Assembly (NCBI RefSeq): GCF_004010195.1
Contig: NC_057749.1
Span: 6,637,612 to 6,701,611, forward strand
Direction: 5' to 3'
Length of the DNA stretch: 64,000 bases
Source of the DNA: Chiloscyllium plagiosum
Taxonomy: Eukaryota
The translations under genes were made by a program, and so were the position numbers. This document shows, piece after piece, positions 26,001 through 38,000 of this stretch (position 1 is the stretch's first letter; every line of letters begins with the position of its first letter). The notes under the pieces are model-generated. The model did no database searches and was not told the origin of the DNA. It worked only from the letters and a program-made list of their open reading frames with translations.

Positions 26001-29000
26001 ATTCATGCACACCTCGCACCAGTTCCTCCTGTTGAGCAGCCCCCCAGCCAAGGAAGCACGTTTTCGTACTGCCAAAAAGCTCTACGGCAGCACCTTCGCT
26101 TTCCAGTGAGTACCAGTACCTTCGCAGACAAGAACACAAAATATAAATAAAAGCTTTGAGTAAACATTTGGCCTTTTCCAAATCTTTACCAGATGTCTTG
26201 CCGATGCTATGGTATCACATTCCCCTGCGCATTACCCTTTGGTATGATGCAAAGGTTGGGTGACAGAAACAGACATTCCTGATGAAGGACTTATGCCCGA
26301 AACATCAACTCTCCTGCTCTCGGATGCTGCCTGACCCTTTGTGCTTTTCCAGCGCCACACTCCAGCATCTGCAGTCCTACTTTTTCCTACTCCCTGACAG
26401 GAACAGCGCCAGTCTTAAAAATTTCAAAAGCGAATCAGGTGGAAACACAAAAAGCAGAGAAAAAAAAACCAGCGCTGAGAAGATGGTTGTCAGTCGAGTT
26501 GGACAGCCATTTCACAGAACAAGTGCAGACATAATGATCCAAATGGTCGATGTTGTATAGTAATGTAAGGATACTTAAGGTGGAGGGTGAGCAGCCGTGG
26601 TACACATTGGTACCAATGACATAGCTAGGAAAGGGGATGAGGACCTGAAAAGTGATCATACGGAGTTAGGTTGGAAGCTAAAAGGCAGGACGAGCAGAGT
26701 AGTAATCTTAGGACTACTGGTGCCATGGGCTAGTGAGGCTAGGAACAGACAGAGAGTGCACCTGAACATGTGGCTGCAGACGAGTTGCACCTGAACTGGA
26801 GGGGCACCAATATCCTGGGTGGGATGTTTGCTAGAGCTCTTTGGGAGGGTTTAAACTAGTTTGACAGGGGGGTGGGAGCTAGGGATCAGAGGATGGGGTA
26901 GCTGGTGAACAGGCAGATACAGCGTGCAGACAGTCTGTGAGGAAGGATAGATTGTTGATAGGGCAAAGTTGCAGTTAGTGTGAAGCGTCAGGAATAAGTT
27001 TGATGAACTTAGAGCATGGATCAGTACTTGGAGCTATGATGTTGTGACCATTACGGAGACTTGGATATCATAGGGGCAGGAATGATTGTTGGATGTTCTG
27101 GGGTTTAGATGTTCAAAATGAATAGGGAGGGAGGTAAAAGAGGTGGGTTGAGTGGCATTGCTAATCAGGGACAGTATCACAGCTGCAGAAAGGGAGGTCA
27201 TCGAGGAGGGTTTGTCTACAGAGTCAGTATGGGTGGAAGTGAGAAAACAGGAAAGGAGCAGTCACTTTATTGGGAGTTTTCTGTAGACCCCCCACTAGCA
27301 ACAGAGACATGGAGGAATTGATTAGGAGGCAGATTTTGGAAAGGTGCAGAAGTAACAGGGTTGTTGTCATGGGTGATTTTAACTTCCCTAATATTGATTG
27401 GAATCTGCTTTGTGCAAATTGTTTGGATGGAGCAGATTTTATCAGGTGCGTCCGGGAAGAATGCTTGACTCAATATGCAAATAGGCCAACTAGAGGGAAG
27501 CCATATTGGATTTGGTGCTCGGCAACGAACCAGGTCAGGTGTCAGATCTCTCAGTGGGAGAGCATTTCGGTGATTGTGATCACAAATCCCTGACGTTTAC
27601 TATAGTCATGGACAAGGATAGGAACAGATGGTATGGGAAAGTATTTAATTGGGGGTGGGGGAATTCCAATGCTATTAGGCAGGAACTGTGGAGCATAAAT
27701 TGGGAACAGATATTCTAAGGGAAATGCTTGACCGAAATGTGAAGGTTGTTTAGAGAGCATTTGCTGGGAGTGCTGGATAGGTGTGTCCCACTGAGGCAAG
27801 GAAGGGATGGTAGGATGAAGGAACCTTGGGTGACAAAGGATGTGGAACACCTTGTCAAGAGGAAGAAAGAAGCACACTTAAGGTTGAGGAAGCAAGGATC
27901 AGACAGGGCTCTAGAGGGGTACAAGGTAGCCAGGAAGAAAGTGAAAAATGGACTGAGGAGAGCTAGAAGGAGGCATGAAAAAGCCTTGGCAAGTAGGATT
28001 GAGGAAAACCCTAAGATGTTCTACACTTATGTGAGGATCAAGAGGATGGCCAGAGTGAGGGTTGGACTGATCAGGGATAGTGGAGGGAACTTGTGCCTGG
28101 AGTAGGAGGAGGTAGGGGAGGTCTTAAATGAATACTTTTGCTTCAGCGTTCACTGGTAAGATGGAACTTCTCATTTGTGAGGACAGTGTGAAACAGGCTG
28201 GTATGCTTGAACTGGTTGATGTTAAGAAGGAGAATGTGCCAGAAATTTTGAAAACACGAGGATAGATAAGCCCCATGGGCCAGACGGGATACTCTGGGAA
28301 GTGAGAGAAGAGATTGCTGTGCTTCTGGCGATGATCTTTGTGTCCTCATTATCCACTGGAGTAGTGCCAGATGATTGGAGGGTGATAAATGTTATTGCCT
28401 TGTTCAAGAAAGGGAATAGGGTTAATCCTGGGAATTACACACCAGTTTGTCTCACGATGATGGTGGACAAATTATTGGTGAGGATTCTGAGAGACAAGAT
28501 TTATGATTATTTAGAAAAGCATAATTTGATCAGAGGTAGTGAGCATGGCTTTGTGAATGGCAGGTCATGCCTCACAAGCCTTATTGAGTTCTTTAAGGAT
28601 GTGACAAAACACATTGATAAAGGTAGAGCAGTGGATGTATAGTACATGGATTTTAGCAAGGTGTTTGATAAGGTTCTCCATGATAGGCTCATTCGGAAAA
28701 TAAGGAAGCATGCGACACAGGGAAATTTGGCTGTCAGGATACAGAATTGATTGGTCAATAGAAGACAGAAGCTGGAACTCGATGGAAATATTAAGCCTGC
28801 GCTCGGTGACCGCAGGGATCTGTTCTGGGACCTCTGCTCTTTGTGATTCTTATAAATGACTTGGATGAGCAAGTGAAAGGGTGGATTAGTAAGTTTGCTG
28901 ATGACATGAAGGTTTGTGGTGTTATGGATAGTGTGGGGGGTTGTTGAAGGTTGCAATGGGACTTTGTAGGATGCAGAGCTGGGCTTAGAAGTGGCTGTTG

Positions 29001-32000
29001 GAGTTCAACCTGGAAAAGTGTGAAGTGATTCATTTTGGAAGGTCAAATTTGAATGGAGATTATAGGCAGGATTCTTGGCAGTGTGGAGGAACAGAGGGAT
29101 TTTGAGGTCCACGTCCGTAGATCCCTCAAAGTTGCCAACCAAGTCGATAGGATTGTTAAGAAGGCATATGGTGTGTTGGCTTTCATGAGCTGGACAATTG
29201 AATTTAAGAGCCATGAGGTTATGCTGCAGCTCTGGTGTGACCACACATGAAATATTGTGTTCAGTTCTGGTCAGCTCACAATAGGAAGCTTTAGAGAGGG
29301 TGCAGAGGAGTTTTGCCAGGATGTTGCCTGGACTGGAGGGCATGTCTTATGAAGAAAGGTTGAGGGAGCTTGGGCTTTTCTCATTGGAGTGAAGAAGGGT
29401 GAGAAGTGATAGAGATGTACAAGATAATGAGAGACATGGATAGAATGGATAGCCAGGGACTTTTTCCCAGGGCAGAAATGGCTATCATGAGGGGGCATAA
29501 TTTTAAGGTGATTGGAGGAAGGTTTAGGGGAGATGTCAGAGGTAGATGTATTGAAGGGAAGGAATAGAATGATAAACTGATAAAGTTGGATGAATAAAGG
29601 AGGCTGTTAAGGTGGGTTAAACCATCCCAAAGGGCCAAATGCTCTCAGTCAATGCTCTGCATTAATTTGTTTTTGGTAGTTTGCAGGATGAACAGAAGAT
29701 GCATCAAATTTTCTCCTCTTCATGAAATATTTCAGATCCATGTGAATAGGGTAATAAGGCCATGACAAGCCAATCTATGGCAGATCTGCCAATACTGCTC
29801 TCTTCCATTAGCATGCAAACCCCAGGTTGTGTGCATAAATGCTAGAGAGGACCTGTAACCTGCTGACTCAAAGGCAAGACTGTCATCAGTTTACTCTTCA
29901 AAAGCCGTTTGCTATGACACTCGTCAGGATTACTGTTCTAGAGAAAGCTGTGCGTTTGCTTCCTTCAAGATGTACAGACAAACATAATTAATCCTATCAA
30001 TCAGTAATAGTGTTGAAGATTGAATGGCTTTACTGTGTAATGAATTTGTGCTTAACATTGTTTCTCTCTTTCATCCTGTAACAGTGGATCGCACATTGAG
30101 AACTGGCATTCTATTCTGAGAAATGGCCTCGTCAATGCTTCTTATACAAAATTACAAGTAAGTATTCCCTTGTGAATGGTATAAAAGAAGATTAATTATA
30201 TTCTTACTATCGCAAGAACTTTCTCTCAGTTAGAACACTGCAGCTTATTAGCCTGCATTCAAAAGATGGAGAGATTGCAGATGAGATTCATGTGAGTAAA
30301 ACTAGGCTTCCATTATAAAAGAGAAGATGGGGAAAGAGAGGGTAAGAACAGATCTGACCAAGATGTTTAAAATTATTAAGGATGTTGACGAGTTAGTTTA
30401 TTTCCACTCATTAACTGAACTGACAATGTATTTTAAAATAGCCAAAAGCATGAAAGGGTGAGGTTAGTCAGTCAAAGGAATTTTATTTTTAACAAAGAGA
30501 GCATTTAGGGAGTGGGGTGTACACCCAGAAACAGTCGAGGTAGGATCCATTGTAAGTTTTAAAAAAAATTGATAGATATTTGAAAAATAAACTTAAGAAA
30601 TGAAATGATGTGGTGAAAGAGAGTGCCTATGTTAGTTTTCAGCGAATTGATACAAAGGCTTTGGGCTGAATTCTACACTATAAACCTCTAAGATGACCAT
30701 GTTAAAATGACAGTGAGGAGCTAACCATAGAGTATAATAGGACAGCGAACTGGTCTGACATCTGATACTATTGTCATTGCAACCTTTCCCTGTTGACCCT
30801 GTCCAGCTCTGTCAGTGTGTGTTTTGCATAGGTGTAGCATAGTTATTGGATATTGGTTATTGCAGAGAGAGAATTGGATTATCTGTACTTTTGGCACCTT
30901 CAAGTAGCTTCTAATTGATCTGCCCCTGCCAACAAATGATTATTTTTAATGTCAAATCTGTCGCTGCTTTGGAATTATACTCTTTATGGTATTAAACGCA
31001 AACTGTGGCCATGTTTCCTCTAAAAACTACCCTTAGAACAAAATTCAATGATGTGGAGGTGCCAGTGTTGGACTGGGGTGGATAAAGTTAATAATCACAT
31101 GACACCAGGTTATAGTCCAACAGCTTTTGGAGTGCTACTCTTTTGTCTGGTAACTCATATCCCATTAGTTACCTGATGAAGGAGCAGCGTTCTAAAAGCC
31201 TGTACTTTCAACTAAACCTCTTGGACTATAACCTTGTGCTGTGTGAACCTAATGTGAGATGAATCTAGGCAGCCAAATGTCAACTCAGGTGCCAGATTGC
31301 TTTTGAATAATGGGGTATGTGCTCCCAACGCATTCAAAATGGGCACCTTAGAACCAACTGCGCATGCATAATTTCACACATTTGCACAAATGATTCCAGT
31401 GACACTGGAGAATATTTCTACTGCAGAATTCTAACTTCTGTAACATATGTTTCACTGCAGACTGACTGTAACTGAGGAGCTGGGCTGCCCCCAGGACAGC
31501 ACCACCTCACTAGGGAAGCAGGCTGCACAGCTACAGTCTCAAATTAAGGATAAGCAACAGCGGGTTTCAACTTGTTGTGCCACTGGTACCTACCAATTGA
31601 AGTGTTAAGGCAGTAATTATCTAAACTGTATTGTCATGTGTTGCTGTACTTACTGTTTAAAGTCACCATAGTCCCAATAGCTTCCCTCTCATCAGAGAGA
31701 GACGGCTGGTTTTGAGTTTAACCTGAGGGTGACCGCAGCTCAGGCAAAGGGGCAAAAGTGAGAAGGTGGGTCCTTCATGATAACCACAACTGGAAATTGA
31801 ACCCAAACAGATGGCATCACGATATCGCAAACCAGTCGTCAAGTCAATTGAGCCAAGTGACCCCCTTATTTACTGCTAAGAGGCTGCTGGGTCCATAAAT
31901 GTCACTTGTACATTCTCCCCCCATCCCTTTTTTCCTGCACCTATGCAGGACTTCAGATTAGATGTTGTGATTTTTGTATCTGTGGTGGTATGTTCTCCAT

Positions 32001-35000
32001 CTAGCAGGGTATTGGTCACAAGCATGATGAAGGGCTTATGCCTGAAACACCCTGCTCCTCAGATGGTGCCTGACCTTTTCCAGCTCTACACTCTCGACTC
32101 CACGAGCACTACCTTTGATTGAATGCTGTTCTCCTTTGTATGTTTCTCCCCAGCCTCAGGCTAGCTACCTTTCACAGGTGCTTCCTCTCTCCTCTGAGAT
32201 CCACACACTAATCAGGAGAGACGTGTAATAGCCTGAACCTCGAGCTTGCTGTAATCTCGTATTGATGCCAGCTGTCAGGAAGCGCATCTGTACTAGGATG
32301 AGATGACAGCATCTCCTGCTTGATGACCCTTCTCTTATCACCAACTCCACTCAACACCCACTCTACCCACCCAGTAAAAACTGATACCAGTGATTGAATG
32401 TGTGGAGCAGGAGTCGGAAGAAGCCTTGATGGAGGTGACCAACTGACTGGTCAAAGAGTGAGGTTTTAAGGAGTATAGTGAAGCAGGAAAGGCTGTGGTG
32501 AGCCAAAAGGAAGTGGGAAGAGAACCTCACACACAGAGTGTTGCTGCGAGGCTGTGGGCTTAATGGCACACCAGTATTCGGCAAGAGGGAGGGGAGGATA
32601 AGGAGCCTTGGGACTCCAGTTTCTAACATCAGAATGATAGCTCAAAGTCCTAATATACAAACTGCTGCTGCAATTAACTATAGCTTTCTTCCAAACAATC
32701 ATAGAAAGATTATCAGGACAAAGGGGAAGCCATAGAAGAGAACAACGAAGTTTCCCAATTGTCAATAATAGAGGTTAATTAACATTAACAGTTCTCCCTC
32801 CTGAGTACTTTCTTTTTGGTCAAAGCTCCATTTGCTTTAGAGTACAAGGTATACCATTCATATTCCATGCAGCTTGCTGTCCGTGCAAATGTTATGATAT
32901 ACTTAAGCCTTTGATTACAGTCCAAGTATTTGCTCACCTATAGTCGTAACGATCACACTGCTGTCTCTTACAAGCTGCACGGTGCAGCCTATGGCAAAGG
33001 AATCTATCTGAGCCCAATCTCCAGCATTTCTTTTGGATACTCAGGTAAGTGACTCTTCTCTGCACCTCCCTTCAGCTGGTCTAGATCAAGTTTAATCCGT
33101 CACCAGTTCTTAAATATAGTTCTTCTGCTTGTTTTACAAATGGTCAATCATTTTGATTTACCCCACTGCAAAAACTGATGTGGGTTTATTCCAAGAGGGG
33201 ATAATCAATATAAATGAAAAGTTAGCTTCATTGTTCTCGATTAGGACATAAATTGTTTTAGATTAGATTCACTAAAGTGTGGAAACAGGCCCTTCAGCCG
33301 AACAAGTCCACACCGACCCTCCAAAGAGCAGCCCATTCCCCCACATTCACCCCTGACTAATGCACCTAACACTATGGGCAATTTAGCATGACCAATTTAC
33401 CTGACCTGCACGAGGAAACCAGAGCACCCGGAGGAAACCCACACAGACACGGGGAGAATGTGCAAACTCCACACAGACAGTTGCCCGAGGTGAGAATTGA
33501 ACCCGGGTCCTTGGTGCTGTGAGGTAGCAGTGCTAACCACTGAGCCTCAATTGTATTGAGGTTCTGAGTGGATTCCATTTCGGATTAGTACATCAGCTTG
33601 GTACAGTGGTTCAACATTGCTAAACAAGAGGTTTTTTTCCTTCTATTAATTCATGAGATTCACACTAGGCCAATATAAATTACCTGTCCTTAATTGCCCC
33701 AGAGGAAGTTAAGAGTCAACCACATTGCTTTGGGTCTGGAGTCACGTGTCAGCCTGAGCAGGTAAAGATGGCATTTCCTTCCCTAAAAATCATTGGTGAA
33801 GTAGATGGACTTTCCCAACAATGGCCTAGTGGTATTATCATTAGATTGTTAATCCAAAGACCCAGGTAACATTCTGGGGACCCGGATTCAAATCCTGCCA
33901 TGGCAGATGGTGGAATTTTAATTCAACAAAAAATCTGGACTTCAGTGTCTAATGATGAATCATGAAACCATTGTTGATTATTTGAAAAACCCATCTGGTT
34001 CACTAATGCCCTTTAGGGAAGGAATTTATTATCTCACCTGGTCTGGGCTACTTGTGACTCCAGACACATGGCAATGTGGTTGACTCTGAACTGCCCTCTG
34101 GGCTATTAGGGACAATAATCGCTGGTCTAACCAGTGACACCCACATCAGTGATTGAATAAAAAAAACTGTGAACAGTTTTACTGCCCTTTACTGTATTTA
34201 AGGAAAAGTACAATTGCATTGAAAGCAATTTAGTGAAATCTCACTGGACTGGTTCTTGGAATGAGTGGTTTGGCATTTGAGAAAGTGGTGAGCAGTTTGC
34301 CTATGCTCAAGAGGTTTCAGAAGAATGAGAGGCAATCTTGTTGAAGCATGTAAGATTCTGAGGGGGCTTGACTGAGCTTTGACCTCTCCTGGGTGAATGT
34401 TCAGGTGGTACCATGCCGACATGAGATGTCTCCCATTTAGGCTGAGTTCAATGTTTTGATTGGGAAGGGAATCAAGGGTCATAGGGGACAAGCAGGCAAG
34501 TAGGGTACAATTCTATCAGCCATGATCTTCTTGAATGGTGGAGCAGGCTCAATGGGCAGAAGAGCCTACTCCTGCTCCTAGTTCTTATAATCCGAGTGGC
34601 AGAGCACACAACCACACAAGCTAATAAAATTTATAGTTTATATTAGTGACTACATTAGCACATGATAGCTTAATATGTTTACAAGGCATTTCTCCACTTG
34701 TTTCAATGAAAACATTAAACCATTCAATATAAGTGGATTTACATATCTTAAAGAGCTGGGGAATGGATTAAAAATGTTTGTGCATTAGTTTCACAGTACT
34801 TTCTTGCCTTAAAACATTGTTCAGAAATGGACCCCCATCATAAATATAACTTAAATTCGTTGGCAATGTAAAAGCAGTGGAAGTTTCAACTGTATTTACT
34901 GCCTTTTGGTTATTGTCTCCAGTCTAAATTCCCACAAAAAAAACCCTGCTGCTGATTTAGAATGGGGACTGTGGGCTGAACATCTACCCTGTTTTCTAAG

Positions 35001-38000
35001 GTTGACCAAACTATAGATAAACTGTCCAACTACCACTGTCACTGAAGTCAAGACCAGTCACCTCAGCTCAGACCAGTAACTGAATCCGGACCTTGCCTAC
35101 TCTGTATTCCAATTGGTGAGGCATCCATCCAATGAGGCATCATGTTACTGAGCAACATTATCAACAAACAAACAGAAATTAGACTAGATTCGGTTGCAAA
35201 CAAACTGGCAAATTTAGTGTGTGGCAGTCAATAAAAATATATTTAAATCTTTCCTTTTGTTTTTAAATTGCCCAGGGTCTTGGGAGACTGTAATTCCTCA
35301 TTGGTTTCACCATTGCAACATTTTTGTCCATCTTTGGTTGATTTGCCAATCAGACAGCACCATTTTCTCCTGCAGTATAAATTATTGTGATCATTGAAAT
35401 TTTCCATTCTTGCATTTGTCCTGATGAGCGCAAAGTGAAAACCTTGTGTAGCCTGTCTTTTTCTCTTCGGAAATAGTCATAAATGTTCACTTTTCTGGCT
35501 TTGTTTATTTATTGAACACTAGAATGTTAGTGCTATTAACCCAATTAACTAATACATTTGAGGAGATTGATCAAAGGCAATTGAATAGAGCTTGAGATGT
35601 AGGGTTTAGAGTCTAAATATTCACCTTGCTACTCAAAGTCCTCCTGTATTTTTTTTTAATGTTACGTCTCATGTTAAAAACAGAAGGTCACAACAAACCA
35701 GCTACTGGTGAATTTGTGTATCCATGTGGGTTAATAGATTCAAAACCAATATGTATATAGACACTTTAAAGTGTGTTTTCTGAACAGCAGTATTCCAAAC
35801 ATGAGTCCTGCACAGAAGCAGACTTGGTGTGCTTCTTTCAAAGGCTGCATTAAAACAAGAAAGTGGATAGCATCTGTGCACAATCCCTACCCAATTAGAG
35901 CTTGTATCCCACTGCATTTTGCTGCCATTTCCTGTATCTGTTTGCTGAGATTGATAACTATTTTATTTTCTGTTGGAAAAGAAATGTAGTAAACTGTTGC
36001 TTACTTTCTAGGAATGGGCAAAGGACAGCATCGCATGCCATCAAAGGATGAGCTGGTACTCCGTTATAACCGGATGAACACAATTCCCCAGGTATTAGTA
36101 CCCAATTTCCTTGTTGGTCTCTGCAAGAATGGAGTCTGTCTGCAAAGCTCTGCAACTGTCCATTAACCAACTTGCGTCAGGCTTCTTGTCCAGGTGGGTG
36201 ATTGAGTGGAAGTCACGGGAAGTCGGCTTGGGATCTAAGCAGGTCAGCGTCATCTGATTCTGTAGTCTAGAATCTGGGGCTCAGATCTGATGTTCAGCTG
36301 CATATTTGCTTTGAATCTCTAAGGCTGCTGCTCTATTGCGAGAAAGTGAGGACAGCAATGCTGGAGATCAGAGTCGAGTGTGTGGTGCTGGAAAAACACA
36401 GCTGGTCAGGTAGCATCCGAGGAGCAGGAGATTCGACAGTTTGGGCATAAGCCCTTCATCAGGAAGTCCTTCCAGCACCACACTCTCGACTGCTGACTTA
36501 TTGCCTCAGGCAATAGGGTCAGCTACAAGATTAAAGTTTTCTGGACTGAAATTTATCGACTATCTCACTGTTGTGACCACACCAAGCATGTTCGTAGAGT
36601 GGTCAGTGATCTGCCACTTTGTACTGCTGCTGTAGTATCCATTGTAGACAAGCAGGAGGCTGGAAGAACCCAGCACGGCAGGCAGCATTTCAGGTATAAC
36701 CCTTCTTCAGGAAAGAAGCATCCTTTAGCTTTTTCTTGCTGGTGTGTTCCAATTGAAACAGCTATAATCTGGAACAAGTTCAAAGGTTAGTTTAGGGGCG
36801 GCATGGCGGCTCAGTGGTTAGCACTGCTGCCTCACAGCACCAGGGTCCCAGGTTCAATTCCAGTCTCAGGCAACTGTCTGTGTGGAGTTTGCACATTCTC
36901 CCTGTGTCTGCGTGGGTTTCCTTTGGGTGCTCTGGTTTCCTCCCACAGTCCAAAAATGTGCAGGTTAGGTGAATTGGCCATGCTAAGTTGCCCATAGTGT
37001 TAGATGCATTAGTCAGAGGGAAATGTGTCTGGGTGGGTTACTCTTCAGAGGGTCGGTGTGGACTTGTTGGGCCGAAGGGCCTGTTTCCACACTGTAGGGA
37101 ATCTAATCTAACCTATTTCGCAGCTACTGTTGAAAATTACAAAATGAAAAAAAGTGACAGCTGTCTGCTAAAATACAGATACAAAGAGTAAAAGTAGGAA
37201 TGGCTAACATTAAAAGCAAGAGCAGTCAGTTGTTATTGCAGACCGATTGACTTGAAGATCCTTTTTCTGAGGTGTCTGAGGAGTTCTTGAAAACTTGACG
37301 TCTGAACTCAGCAGCTACAATGGCATCTGTTCTCCTCACTGGAGGACTGAGCAGACCGTGCTCTGGGAGGAAGTGAAGGTGCCTGCGTAGCCTAATTCAG
37401 TACAGCGTTCTCTTACTCCCTGTGCACCACTTGGCTGGGTATGCTGTCAGATCATGTCTGTCAGAGTCCTTTTTGGGGTTCTGAAAAACTTGGTGAGTCA
37501 AGGCCTGTCTATTCAGATCAAAGCTTAAGATGGCTATCGGGTTACCATCAATAACTCATTGCTTCATAAAGCAAGGAATTTAGAATTTTAGAATTAGGTT
37601 TATTGTCATGTATACTCAAATACAGAAGTACAGGAGTACAGTGACAAGTTCACATGATGCCATCTTCGGTACAAAGTACCTCGATCCAAATCTTAGGTAC
37701 AAAATAGAGAAATAAAGTAAACAAAAAAGTTACATTACCTTCCAGTTATTCATAGTATAAGTTAAAAAAGTAAGAAAGCTAAACATTACAGTCTCGCTTT
37801 GAAGGGTCTGCAATAGATCAGTGCAGGGACCTTCCACATGTGGTCTGACTGGGCTCGCAGGTCAGTTATGCTAGAACTTCCTGTGCTGGCCTTCCTGTCT
37901 ATACTTTGTCCCCCGAGTGTATGCATTTAAAGTGTTGTGAGGAGGGTAACAGACTGGCCAAAGTTACACAGCTTCCTTCATCTCCTGGTTTCCACAGTTT

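Noticed and set aside
27109..28642. APE/RT ORFs as an active or domesticated gene
   Set aside because: They are broken by numerous stops and frameshifts, consistent with neutral decay.
36796..36870. tRNA-like A/B boxes (also at 10371, 38372, 5595, 33820)
   Set aside because: These are SINE heads continuing into SINE bodies, not standalone tRNA genes.
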